A program made the translations under genes and the position numbers. Shown here one piece after another: positions 9,284 through 19,316 of a stretch of 64,000 bases of DNA (its first letter is position 1; every line of letters starts with the position of its first letter). The notes under the pieces were generated by a model that made no database searches, was not told the DNA's origin, and worked only from the letters and a program-made list of their open reading frames with translations. This stretch comes from Candidatus Aminicenantales bacterium (GTDB taxonomy: Bacteria > Acidobacteriota > Aminicenantia > Aminicenantales > UBA4085). The stretch lies in the NCBI GenBank assembly GCA_049515535.1, contig JBEKTZ010000013.1, positions 1 through 64,000 on the forward strand, read 5' to 3'.

Positions 9284-10465
9284 ATGAAAAAAATCCTCTC
9301 CCTGTATTACCGCCCTAAGCCCGGCGGCTTTTGCAAGCGGCTGACGATGGCCTATGAGGCCTTTGCCGAGCAGGGATGGGAGGTGCATTATCTCAGCCTC
9401 GAAGAATTTTCCGTTCGTCATACGAATATTCATCATCACAAGATCCCGATGCCTTTCAAGAAGCGGGAGGATGTCTTTTTTTGGCTGAATTTCTTCGTGG
9501 TCTCCGTCTTCGCTTTGGCCCGGGCCCAGGCGCGCCTCGCCGCCGACGCTATTGTCGTTTTCGGCCCCTTCTATTCCTTTATCGCCGCCCCGTGCCGGCT
9601 TTTTCGGAAGGCACGGATCATTCTCTTCTCCCGGGGAGAGCTTCTCAAAAGCCTCGCGGAGACGCGAACCGGGATCGGCAAGCCATTCATCCTAATGGCC
9701 TATCGATGGGTCAGGCGGATCGGCTATCAAGCCTCCGACGCCATCATCTTCAACTCGAAAAGCCTGGCGGAGAAAGCCAAAAAGGAGTTCCCTTCCAAGA
9801 AGGACAATATCGCGGTCCTGCTCAACGATATTCCGCCCCTTCCGCCTCGCCTGAAAAGCGAAGCTTTGGCCGCGCTCAAGAAAGAATTCTCCCTGGGGGA
9901 CCATCCTTTTATCCTGATCTCGGTCGGCCGCCTTCATCCCGGAAAGAATTTGGAGTTTCTTTTGAGGATCTTTTTCCGGGTTCTCGAAAAAACCCGGGCG
10001 GAGAATATGTTTCTCTTCATCGTCGGCGACGATCCCTTGACCGGCGCTTCGGAAAAAGCGAAGCTCGCGTCCCTGATCGACGCGCGTGGCCGGGACCGGG
10101 TCTTCGTGACCGGCTGGCGGAGCGACGTGGACGCCTTCTATGCGGCGGCCGACATCTTTCTCATCCCCTCCAGGCACGAAGGCTCGCCCAATTCTCTCCT
10201 GGAGGCATTGGGCTATGATCTTATTTGCCTGGGAAGCACCATCGAGGAAATCAGGGAAATCCTCGATAACGATGAGCTGGTTTTTTCCCTGGATGACACA
10301 GGACTGGAAAAAGCGGCCAATTCCATGATACGATTTTATCAAGAGGAAGATTATCGGCGCCATCTTCAGTCGATCTGTTCAGGCATCAAGAAAAGATTGA
10401 CATTCGACTGGAAGAAAAGATTGTGTCAGATTGTCGATCAGACCCCCAAAAGCGCGGGGCCTTGA
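9284..10465 (+). CDS. GT4 glycosyltransferase
   Basis: VGRLHPGKN, EGSPNSLLEALG motifs. Confidence 0.85.
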   Translation: MKKILSLYYRPKPGGFCKRLTMAYEAFAEQGWEVHYLSLEEFSVRHTNIHHHKIPMPFKKREDVFFWLNFFVVSVFALARAQARLAADAIVVFGPFYSFIAAPCRLFRKARIILFSRGELLKSLAETRTGIGKPFILMAYRWVRRIGYQASDAIIFNSKSLAEKAKKEFPSKKDNIAVLLNDIPPLPPRLKSEALAALKKEFSLGDHPFILISVGRLHPGKNLEFLLRIFFRVLEKTRAENMFLFIVGDDPLTGASEKAKLASLIDARGRDRVFVTGWRSDVDAFYAAADIFLIPSRHEGSPNSLLEALGYDLICLGSTIEEIREILDNDELVFSLDDTGLEKAANSMIRFYQEEDYRRHLQSICSGIKKRLTFDWKKRLCQIVDQTPKSAGP

Positions 10466-10475
10466 AGAGGAGATC

Positions 10476-11480
10476 ATGAAAGACATGGTGGAAAATAGTC
10501 ATAAAGGCTCAAAAATTCTTGTCATCGGCGGGGCCGGTTTCATCGGCTCTCACGTCGTTGACGAGCTCCGTAAAGAGGATGTCGGCGAGATTGTCATCTA
10601 TGATAATTTCAGCCGGGGGTCTGGGGACAATCTCGAAGAGGCCTTGAAAGATCCGCGCGTCAAGGTGTTTGAGCTTGGCGGGGACATCCTCCAGACGGAT
10701 ATCCTGAATGAAGCCATCAAGGGCAAGGATTACGTTTTCCACCTGGCGGCCCTCTGGCTTCTCCACTGTTATGACTATCCGCGCAGCGCTTTCCATGTCA
10801 ACATCGAAGGGACGTTCAACGTACTTGAGGCCTGCGTCAGGCACCAAGTGAAGAAGTTGATCTATTCCTCTTCCGCTTCCGTTTACGGGGACGCCGTCGA
10901 GCTTCCCATGAATGAGGATCACGTCTATAACAATAAAACATTTTATGGCGCCACGAAGATCGCCGGTGAGCACATGAGCCGAGCATTTTTTCACAGGTAC
11001 GGGCTGAAATCCGTCGGCCTCCGCTACATGAATGTGTACGGAGCCCGGCAGGATTACAAAGGGACCTACATCGCGGTCATCATGAAAATTCTCGACCGGC
11101 TCGACCAGAATCTCCCGCCCATCATTTATGGCGATGGCTCGCAAGCATATGATTTTATTTATGTTACAGATGCGGCTAGGGCGAATGTCTGCGCCCTGAG
11201 GTCCCCGGCGCACGACGCTTTCTACAATGTCGGGTCGGGCGTCCAAACGAGCATCAAAGAATTGGCCGAAATGATTCTCGAGATCACCGGAAGCCGCTTG
11301 AATCTGCTGTATGAGCGGGCGGGCCAAACATTTGTGATGAATAGGATCGGCGATCCCCAAAGAGCCGAAAAAGAGCTGGGGTTCAAATATCGCATCGGGC
11401 TGAAGGAAGGCCTTCGGGCCCTCATCGACTGGCGGAACACCCATAAAGACATCGTCGCCAAGAGGAGAGCGAGGGGCTGA
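10476..11480 (+). CDS. NAD-dependent nucleotide-sugar epimerase/dehydratase (extended SDR)
   Basis: GGAGFIGS, SSSASVYG, YGATK. GAGGAG RBS before ATG 10476. Confidence 0.9.
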   Translation: MKDMVENSHKGSKILVIGGAGFIGSHVVDELRKEDVGEIVIYDNFSRGSGDNLEEALKDPRVKVFELGGDILQTDILNEAIKGKDYVFHLAALWLLHCYDYPRSAFHVNIEGTFNVLEACVRHQVKKLIYSSSASVYGDAVELPMNEDHVYNNKTFYGATKIAGEHMSRAFFHRYGLKSVGLRYMNVYGARQDYKGTYIAVIMKILDRLDQNLPPIIYGDGSQAYDFIYVTDAARANVCALRSPAHDAFYNVGSGVQTSIKELAEMILEITGSRLNLLYERAGQTFVMNRIGDPQRAEKELGFKYRIGLKEGLRALIDWRNTHKDIVAKRRARG

Positions 11481-13388
11481 ATGTGCGGGATTGTCGGCAT
11501 CTACCGACCCGGCGGGGAGCCGATTGCTCATAAGGTCATCAAAAAGATGAGCGATGCCGTCGCCCATCGGGGGCCCGATGGCGAAGGGCATTTTGTTGAC
11601 GTGGACATCGCCCTTGGCCACCGGCGGCTGGCCATCCTCGACCTCACGGCGGCCGGCAGCCAGCCCATGTCCACGACGGATGGGCAGTTCGTGATCGTTT
11701 TTAACGGCGAGATCTATAATCATCAGGATCTGCGGCATCAGCTTCGCGAGCACGGGCATCGTTTCGTTTCCCGAACGGATACGGAGGTTTTGCTCCACGG
11801 CTACAGGGAATGGGGCCCAGCGATCATCCCTAAATTGAACGGCATGTTTGCCTTCGCCTTATGGGATGCGAAGCAGCGCGAGCTCATCATCGCCAGGGAT
11901 CGCTACGGGATCAAGCCGCTGTATTTTTGGCGCAACGAGGGCGAGTTCGTCTTCGCCTCCGAAATCAAGGCTATCCTCCAGCATCCGCGATACCGGACCG
12001 AACTCAATTACGACGCGCTGAACGAATATTTTTCCTTCCAGAATCTTTTTCGATTCCATACGCTATTCAAGGGCATCGAGATGCTGGAGCCCGCTCGGAT
12101 CCTGCGCATCAAAAGAACGGGCGAGGTGGAATCGCTGACCTATTGGGATTTTGACTTCGCGAAACCCGATCCAACCATGACGGAGCAAGACGCCTACGAA
12201 GGGACGCTCCGGCTGTTCCAGGAAGCGGTCTCACGCCAGCTGATGGCCGATGTCCGGGTCGGTAGCTACCTGAGCGGCGGGATGGATTCCGGCTCGATCA
12301 CCGCCGTGGCCTCCCAGGACATCCCGAGGCTGGCGACCTTCACGTGTGGATTTGATATGTCGACGGTCTCTGGGCGCGAAGCCAACTTCGACGAACGCCG
12401 GGACGCTGAGCTGATGGCCAGCGCCTTTCGGACCGAACATTACGAGCAGGTCATCAGCGCGAGCGATCTCTCCTGGTCCATGCCCCGGCTCGTCTGGCAT
12501 CTGGAAGACCTACGGCTGGGGATGTCGTATCCCAATTTTTACATTGCCCGGCTCGCCTCGAAGTTTGTCAAAGTCTGCCTGAGCGGCGGCGGCGGGGACG
12601 AACTCTACGGCGGATATCCATGGCGGTATTACAGGATCTTGCGCTCGGTGAACCAGGAAGAATTTTTCCGAGAATACTACGGTTTTTGGCAGCGACTGGT
12701 TCCCGACGATGACAAAAGGGAGCTGTTCACGCCGGCCGCCTTTCATCGGTTGGGCGAGTCGCGAGATACTTATGACATCTTCCGAAGAGTCTTCACCTTC
12801 AATCCCAACCTGAAATATGACACCCCGGAGGACCATATCGCCAATTGCCTGTATTTTGAGGCCAAGACGTTTCTGTTGGGCTTGTTCATTCTCGGCGACA
12901 AACTGTCCATGGCCCATGGCTTGGAAGAACGCTTCCCCTTCCTGGACAACGACCTGGTCCAATTCGCCCAGCGCATTCCCATCCGATATAAATTGTCAAA
13001 CTTGGAAAAAATGAAGCGCATGGACGAGAACGAGGCGAAAAAACTCAGGAGATTCCAGCTTCAATTCGACGACGGGAAGAATGTCCTGCGCCAGGCGATG
13101 CGCCGGTTCATCCCCGATCATATCGTCAATCGGCAGAAACAAGGGTTCTCCGCTCCCGATGAGTCTTGGTACAGGGGGGAAAACCTTCATTATGTGAAAG
13201 AGATCCTCCTCAATCAGCGGGCTTCGTCCAGGGAAATCATCGACGTGAAATACATCGAGAAAATCATCGACGAGCACGTGAACCGGAACATAAACCACCG
13301 GCTGTTAATCTGGTCCTTCCTCAGTTTCGAATGGTGGTGCAAGATATTTCTCGATGGCTATGACGTCGATTCGGCTGGTCACATCTAA
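11481..13388 (+). CDS. asnB: Second AsnB-family amidotransferase
   Basis: MCGIVG, HRGPDGEG, LSGGMDSG, SGGGGDELYGGY. Confidence 0.92.
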   Translation: MCGIVGIYRPGGEPIAHKVIKKMSDAVAHRGPDGEGHFVDVDIALGHRRLAILDLTAAGSQPMSTTDGQFVIVFNGEIYNHQDLRHQLREHGHRFVSRTDTEVLLHGYREWGPAIIPKLNGMFAFALWDAKQRELIIARDRYGIKPLYFWRNEGEFVFASEIKAILQHPRYRTELNYDALNEYFSFQNLFRFHTLFKGIEMLEPARILRIKRTGEVESLTYWDFDFAKPDPTMTEQDAYEGTLRLFQEAVSRQLMADVRVGSYLSGGMDSGSITAVASQDIPRLATFTCGFDMSTVSGREANFDERRDAELMASAFRTEHYEQVISASDLSWSMPRLVWHLEDLRLGMSYPNFYIARLASKFVKVCLSGGGGDELYGGYPWRYYRILRSVNQEEFFREYYGFWQRLVPDDDKRELFTPAAFHRLGESRDTYDIFRRVFTFNPNLKYDTPEDHIANCLYFEAKTFLLGLFILGDKLSMAHGLEERFPFLDNDLVQFAQRIPIRYKLSNLEKMKRMDENEAKKLRRFQLQFDDGKNVLRQAMRRFIPDHIVNRQKQGFSAPDESWYRGENLHYVKEILLNQRASSREIIDVKYIEKIIDEHVNRNINHRLLIWSFLSFEWWCKIFLDGYDVDSAGHI

Positions 13389-13402
13389 GGAGAAGAGAAC
13401 AG

Positions 13403-14572
13403 ATGATTCCGATCACGAAACCGGTCTTTGATGAGACCGACCTGGCCATCATCCAAGAACCCCTGAAATCGGGATGGGTGGTTCAGGGACCTTACGTCAA
13501 ACAATTCGAGGATCTATTTTCCCGATTCACGGGCGCCGCCCATTCTATCGCTACGACTTCCTGCACGACGGCCTTGCACATCGCGATGGCCGCTCTGGGC
13601 GTGAAACCGGGAGACGAAGTCCTCGTTCCTGCCTTTACGTGGGTGGCCACGGCGAATTGTGTCGAGTATCTCGGCGCCAAACCTGTCTTTGTTGATATCG
13701 ATTTAGAAACATTCAATATCGATATCCATAAAATCGAAGAGAAGGTGACCCCTCGAACAAGAGGCATCATTCCCGTTCACCTTTTCGGTCTGGCGGCCGA
13801 TATGGAGGCCATCGGAACGATCGCCCGAAAACACGGCCTGTTCGTCGTCGAAGATGCCGCCTGCGGCTTCGACACATGGTTCCAGCAGCGACACGTGGGG
13901 ACCTTCGGCGATTTCGGCTGCTTTTCCTTCCATCCCAGAAAGGCCATCACGACAGGGGAAGGCGGCATGATCACGACGCAGGACCCTGCCCAGGACGAGC
14001 TCTGTCGAAGCTTGCGTGACCATGGGGCCTCCCGGTCTGATATGCAACGCCACAAGCAAAAATATTCGTTTTTGCTGGCCGAATATCGGCACCTTGGCTA
14101 TAATTTCCGGATGACGGACATCCAAGGCGCTCTTGGCGTCTCGCAAATGATGAAAGCGAAGAAAATCATGGCGGAGCGGAGAAAAACGGCTCACGCTTAT
14201 GACAGGCGATTAAAGGAGATGTGGTGGATTCAACGGCCCTGGAGGCATAAAGATTACATCCATGGTTATCAGTCTTATGTCTGTCTTTTCCGTCCGGAAG
14301 ATGCGAGCCTGAAAAATTGGAAAAAAATCTTCATGCGCCGAAATAAAATCATGGCGATCCTGGAAAAAGAGGGGATCATGACGAGACAGGGAACACACGC
14401 CGCCGCTCTCGCCGGCTACTACGCGGATAAATATTCCCTTCGTCCCGAAAATTATCCGAATGCATTTTTAGCAGAGAAATTGACAATATCGTTACCGCTC
14501 TATTTTGGGATGAATCCATCAGACGTGGATTTCATAGGAACGGCGTTGGATCGCGCGTTTAAGAGCCTCTGA
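13403..14572 (+). CDS. DegT/DnrJ/EryC1/StrS sugar aminotransferase
   Basis: TSCTTALH, VEDAAC, SFHPRKAITTGEGG (PLP lysine). Confidence 0.92.
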   Translation: MIPITKPVFDETDLAIIQEPLKSGWVVQGPYVKQFEDLFSRFTGAAHSIATTSCTTALHIAMAALGVKPGDEVLVPAFTWVATANCVEYLGAKPVFVDIDLETFNIDIHKIEEKVTPRTRGIIPVHLFGLAADMEAIGTIARKHGLFVVEDAACGFDTWFQQRHVGTFGDFGCFSFHPRKAITTGEGGMITTQDPAQDELCRSLRDHGASRSDMQRHKQKYSFLLAEYRHLGYNFRMTDIQGALGVSQMMKAKKIMAERRKTAHAYDRRLKEMWWIQRPWRHKDYIHGYQSYVCLFRPEDASLKNWKKIFMRRNKIMAILEKEGIMTRQGTHAAALAGYYADKYSLRPENYPNAFLAEKLTISLPLYFGMNPSDVDFIGTALDRAFKSL

Positions 14573-14592
14573 GAAAGGGCCGGAAACAAACC

Positions 14593-15537
14593 ATGTCCGC
14601 GCTCGATAAATTGAAGATTGACGTTTCCGCCATTCCTGAGACTTCAAAAGTATCGCCGGCTCAGTCTCAAACCGAAAAGAGTTTTGCCTTTAAATGGGCG
14701 CGGCGGACCAGCTATGAATCGGCGGCAATGAAAGACTTTTCAAAGAAATGGCTGATGGAGCGATATTGTGAGAATGATATGCGGCGGCTGGATCAATGGC
14801 TGGCCGGCGGCCGAAAAATCATCCTCGACGTCGGCTGTGGTTCCGGTTATTCGGCCCTTTTGTTTTTTGGAGAGCGCCTTAACGACCATGATTATCTCGG
14901 GATTGATATCTCCGACGCGGTCGAGGTCGCCAAAATGCGTTTTCGTGAGGCCGGTTATCCTGGAGATTTTTTGAAAATGGACATCCTGAATATCCCGATT
15001 CCCGAGAATTCGGTGGATATCATTTTTGCCGAAGGCGTTCTCCACCATACATCGAGCACGGAAGAGGCTTTAAAATATCTCTCTCGAAAATTGAAAAAGG
15101 GAGGGCGTTTCTTATTTTATGTTTACGCCAAGAAAGCCGTCATCCGGGAATTTACGGACGATTATATTCGCGGACAGATCCATCCCCTGGGCGACGACGA
15201 AGCATGGAAGGCCCTCGAGCCTCTGACACAATTAGGCAAATCCCTGGGAGACCTAAACATCGAGCTGGACATTCCGCAGGATATCCCCTACTTGGGGATT
15301 CATAAGGGGCGTCTGAGCATCCAGCGATTTTTCTATTGGCATATATGCAAGATGTTCTATCGCCCAGAATTCTCGATCGAAGAGATGAATCATATCAATT
15401 TTGATTGGTTTAGACCTTCGAACTGCCATCGCCACACGCCGGAGGAGATTCGGCGGTGGTGCCAAGAGGCGGGGCTGACGATTGAGCGCATGAATGTTCA
15501 GGAGTCGGGCATCACCGTTGTTTCTCGCAAATCTTGA
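14593..15537 (+). CDS. Class I SAM-dependent methyltransferase
   Basis: [16 protein letters not shown]. Confidence 0.85.
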   Translation: MSALDKLKIDVSAIPETSKVSPAQSQTEKSFAFKWARRTSYESAAMKDFSKKWLMERYCENDMRRLDQWLAGGRKIILDVGCGSGYSALLFFGERLNDHDYLGIDISDAVEVAKMRFREAGYPGDFLKMDILNIPIPENSVDIIFAEGVLHHTSSTEEALKYLSRKLKKGGRFLFYVYAKKAVIREFTDDYIRGQIHPLGDDEAWKALEPLTQLGKSLGDLNIELDIPQDIPYLGIHKGRLSIQRFFYWHICKMFYRPEFSIEEMNHINFDWFRPSNCHRHTPEEIRRWCQEAGLTIERMNVQESGITVVSRKS

Positions 15538-15593
15538 TATATGTGTCCGTTACAGCCCAAGGGCGAGATGAATGCGGTTTGAGGAGGATTCCC

Positions 15594-16151
15594 ATGGATA
15601 AGAAATCACGGAGAAACTCCGACGAAATAAAAATCCGAATCGATGAACTACGAGATGATTGGAAACAGCTTCAAAAAGAGATCCATTCGCAATGGAAACG
15701 GACTCTCCCCTTTGGAGACTACATTGTCGACCGATGGGAAAAGGCCCGGTTGTTAGGGTTTGGGAGGGGAAGCAGTATTTATGACAGTTCGTTAGTTTTC
15801 GGGGACGTTAAAGTCGGCGAGAAAACGTGGATCGGTCCGTTTACGATTCTCGACGGCTCAGGCGGGCTCGAAATCGGGCAATATTGTTCCATTTCAGCGG
15901 GAGTTCAAATCTATTCACACGATTCTGTCAAGTGGGCTCTTTCAGGCGGTCAAGAGAAATATGAACTTGCACCAACAAAAATCGGCTCACGATGTTATAT
16001 CGGTCCTAATACGATCATCGTCAAAGGTGTCACCATTGGAGACGGCTGTATCATCGGGGCTAACAGTTTAGTATTGTCAGATATCCCTGCCGGTCGAAAG
16101 GCTTTTGGCAATCCCTGTCGCGTTGTCGACACGATATCCGCAGCGAAATAA
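15594..16151 (+). CDS. Hexapeptide-repeat (LbH) acyltransferase
   Basis: [29 protein letters not shown]...GNP. GAGGAGG RBS before ATG 15594. Confidence 0.85.
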   Translation: MDKKSRRNSDEIKIRIDELRDDWKQLQKEIHSQWKRTLPFGDYIVDRWEKARLLGFGRGSSIYDSSLVFGDVKVGEKTWIGPFTILDGSGGLEIGQYCSISAGVQIYSHDSVKWALSGGQEKYELAPTKIGSRCYIGPNTIIVKGVTIGDGCIIGANSLVLSDIPAGRKAFGNPCRVVDTISAAK

Positions 16152-16171
16152 TCATTCGATATCAAACATCC

Positions 16172-17227
16172 ATGAAGAAAGCGATTCTGAAATATCCTTT
16201 TTTGATGCAGATGGGCCACGGTTTTCTTGCCTTTTATCGCGGGATGTTCGGCCTCCTGCGGGGGCGACGAGGGTCATGGGATCATCTTCGATCATCGTGG
16301 TCCTTTGTCCGTAGATGTTCATCGATATCGGGTCATCCGATCAACGTCACCCTGGAACCGATTAACGCCTGCAATCTGAGATGTTCTGTGTGCGAAACGG
16401 GGGCGGGTATTCTGGGGCGATCCCCCCAAGCGATGACCTTCCCAGAGTTTCAAAGAATCATTGATAAAATCTCCCCCCACACGAATACATTGATGTTCTA
16501 TTTTATGGGCGAACCGTTCCTTCACAAAGACGCTTATCGAATGATTCGCTATGCCAAAAAGAAAAACATCCCCTTTGTCACCTCCTGCACGAACGGCGAT
16601 GTCGTGAATCCTGAGAAACTGATCGAATCGGAGATTGATGAAATTAACTTTCAAATCGGAGGCATCACTCAACAAACCCATCAAACGTATCGCCAGGGAA
16701 GCCGGTTGGATCGTGTTTTGGACAATCTCGAAAAGACGGTTCTCGCGCGAAATCAATCTGGGGCAAAAACACAAATCGTTTGTGGTTTTATTTTGATGAA
16801 GCATAATGAACATGAAGCTCAAGCGTTCCAGAGCATGATGGCGAAAATCGGAGTCGATCGGGCTTTGATTGTCGATCCCTGTGTTCGGAATATCGAGCAA
16901 GCGCAGCGCATGCTGCCGCGCGATCGGACGCATTGGGCCTACGATCCGGCCGCCTTAGAGCGAGGAATTTTAAAACCGCGAATATCACCAAGGAATAGCT
17001 GTCCCTGGATTTATTATTCCCTGACCGTCCAGGTGAACGGCGACGTCGTGCCCTGCTGCCGCGATCCGAAGGGCCAGTACATCATGGGCAATCTGCTCCG
17101 GCAGGATCTCGACGAAATCTGGAACGGGAAAAAGTTCCAGGACTTCCGAAAAAAATTGTTGACGGATCAAAAACATATCGACATCTGTCGCTTGTGTTCG
17201 GGCTTCGGCGTGAGCCGGGTCAAATAG
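16172..17227 (+). CDS. Radical SAM protein with SPASM/twitch domain
   Basis: CNLRCSVC, GEPFL, C-terminal CPW...GDVVPCC...CRLC. Confidence 0.9.
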   Translation: MKKAILKYPFLMQMGHGFLAFYRGMFGLLRGRRGSWDHLRSSWSFVRRCSSISGHPINVTLEPINACNLRCSVCETGAGILGRSPQAMTFPEFQRIIDKISPHTNTLMFYFMGEPFLHKDAYRMIRYAKKKNIPFVTSCTNGDVVNPEKLIESEIDEINFQIGGITQQTHQTYRQGSRLDRVLDNLEKTVLARNQSGAKTQIVCGFILMKHNEHEAQAFQSMMAKIGVDRALIVDPCVRNIEQAQRMLPRDRTHWAYDPAALERGILKPRISPRNSCPWIYYSLTVQVNGDVVPCCRDPKGQYIMGNLLRQDLDEIWNGKKFQDFRKKLLTDQKHIDICRLCSGFGVSRVK

Positions 17228-17229
17228 CC

Positions 17230-18453
17230 GTGCGCATCGCCAATTTCTTGAACTCCTGTCTCAAGGATCTCGAGGCGAAGGGGAACCTAGGGTCAGCTCC
17301 CAAGCTTTACAATCCCAAAATGTCCGCGGAGCATGTCGTTCTCTTCACCTTGTGCCCGGAGGATAAGAAATACGCCCAAGATTTTGGCCCTTGGAATATC
17401 GAGATCTTCCCTTTTGTCGATCTCAAGACCAAGGGATATAGTCCGCAGAATCTTGTCAAGATCCTAAGGGCCCCTTTTATCTCCTACAAGAAGATTAAAA
17501 AAGCGAGGATCGACGTGATCCGCGGCAGGCTTCCTTACTTTGCAAGCCTCGTCGGATGTCTGGCCGGAAGAATGTCGAAGACGCCGACGATCGTCTCTCT
17601 GGGCGGGAACAACCGTCTCCCGCAGGAACGGAGCAAAACATATCATTATGGCAGCAAGATGATCTCCTACACGATGGAAAAATGGACTCTCATTCTCTGC
17701 CACGTCATCCTGGCCCCCAATCAATACACGAAACGCTACGTGGCCTCGATTATCGGGAAAAGGAGAGCGGAGAAAAAGGTCCGGGTCATCCCCTGGATCA
17801 TCGATAGAGAGGGCTCGCTCGAGGACAGCCATGAGAACGTCCCCGAGCGGCTCGGTTTGAACCTCACCTTGCCCTTCGTTCTCGTCATCGGCTTCATCAA
17901 TCCATACAAATATTCCGACATCATGTTCAAGGTGGCGGAGGCCTTGTTCTCCGGCGGTCCGCAGGACCTCCAATTTGTTTTTTGCGGGGACGGCCCCCTT
18001 CGCGAAACGGGCGAATTCCTTCTCCAACGATATGAAAACGCCCGCTTTCTAGGCTGGCAACCGTATCCCGTCGTGCAGGCCTTGATAAGAAAAGCGGCCG
18101 TGGTTTTGGTTCCGATGTCGGGCTTCGTCCTGCTCGAAGCCGCAGCGGCGGGCCGGCCCGTTGTTGCTTCGAATATCGAATGGCATGGCGAATTAGTGGA
18201 AGACGGTGTCAGCGGATTCCTGGTCAAGCCGGTATCCGTAGACGACTGGGTCCGGAAGATCAGGCTCGTGTTGGGAAATCCGGAGCTGGGTCGGACGATG
18301 GCCGAAAACCTGGGAAAAAAATTTCGCTCGAAATACGATCCGGATATCCTGATCGACGAGGAGATTGAGCTTTATCGAAGCCTCGTTCAAAAAAAGCGAA
18401 AGATCAAGCTCCCTTCCTCGTATCCCTCAAAAAAGTCTGGAATCCTCCGTTGA
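17230..18453 (+). CDS. GT4 glycosyltransferase
   Basis: GDGPLR, GFVLLEAAAAGRPVVAS. GTG start just after the upstream stop. Confidence 0.82.
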   Translation: MRIANFLNSCLKDLEAKGNLGSAPKLYNPKMSAEHVVLFTLCPEDKKYAQDFGPWNIEIFPFVDLKTKGYSPQNLVKILRAPFISYKKIKKARIDVIRGRLPYFASLVGCLAGRMSKTPTIVSLGGNNRLPQERSKTYHYGSKMISYTMEKWTLILCHVILAPNQYTKRYVASIIGKRRAEKKVRVIPWIIDREGSLEDSHENVPERLGLNLTLPFVLVIGFINPYKYSDIMFKVAEALFSGGPQDLQFVFCGDGPLRETGEFLLQRYENARFLGWQPYPVVQALIRKAAVVLVPMSGFVLLEAAAAGRPVVASNIEWHGELVEDGVSGFLVKPVSVDDWVRKIRLVLGNPELGRTMAENLGKKFRSKYDPDILIDEEIELYRSLVQKKRKIKLPSSYPSKKSGILR

Positions 18454-19316
18454 CGAACTGGAGCGCGGAACAGGATCGGCGAGTGGATGCGTCTTTAGAG
18501 CGGTTGGATGCCATCTTCCGTGATCCGTGCGTTCTGCGACGCATTTGGGGGCATCTCGATGAGATGATCCTCCAGCACCATGTTTACAACGGTCTGGTCG
18601 CGTATAAGCCCGAGGATAGGATCACGATCGTCGATATCGGTTGCGGGGGAGGCGAATTGATCCATATGCTGTCTATTTATTTCAAGAACGCTAAATTATT
18701 CGGTATCGATTACAATCAACGATCCATCATCAGGGCGCAAGACCTTCTCGGCCATCGTGCCTCGTTGGTGGCAGGGGCATACGACGACGTTTTCTCGGAG
18801 GTCCAGGAGGCCGATCTGGTCTTTTGCTCCGAGGTCTTCGAACACGTGGAAGATCCCAGCCATCTCTTATCCACGCTTTCCCGGCTTGTCAAACCCGGCG
18901 GTTATCTGTCGCTTTCAACGCCGTCCGGATGGATGTGGTGGCTCCCGAGCCTATCCGGATTTGTCAAGCTGTTCCGATCGCCCAAAAAATTCCACGATCT
19001 CTATCTGACGCCCGAGACACATTGGAAAGCGGCGCTATCCATCCACCCGGCCGTGCGGCCGAAAAAGCTAAGGGCGCTTTTAAAGCGCGAAGGGTTCCGC
19101 ATAAAACTCCGCAGGAGCGCGCTGTGGAGGATGAACATTAACGGCGTCATTTACTGGTTTTTTTCGTTATATGCCCGGAAGCGTCCAATTCACGCTTCCC
19201 GGGTTTTTGAATCCTATTACCGATTTCTGGACGCCTTGATGAACATCTGTCCCTTATTCCGCGTCTTCGAAACGCGGATCATCTTATTGGCGCAAAAAGA
19301 ACCCGACAAGATCTAA
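18450..19316 (+). CDS. Class I SAM-dependent methyltransferase
   Basis: IVDIGCGGG, SEVFEHV, KPGGYL...STP. Confidence 0.85.
   Translation: MTNWSAEQDRRVDASLERLDAIFRDPCVLRRIWGHLDEMILQHHVYNGLVAYKPEDRITIVDIGCGGGELIHMLSIYFKNAKLFGIDYNQRSIIRAQDLLGHRASLVAGAYDDVFSEVQEADLVFCSEVFEHVEDPSHLLSTLSRLVKPGGYLSLSTPSGWMWWLPSLSGFVKLFRSPKKFHDLYLTPETHWKAALSIHPAVRPKKLRALLKREGFRIKLRRSALWRMNINGVIYWFFSLYARKRPIHASRVFESYYRFLDALMNICPLFRVFETRIILLAQKEPDKI

Noticed and set aside
10509..11798. 429-aa minus-strand ORF and many similar overlapping ORFs
   Set aside because: Antisense shadows of well-supported genes in GC-rich DNA, with no recognisable motifs.
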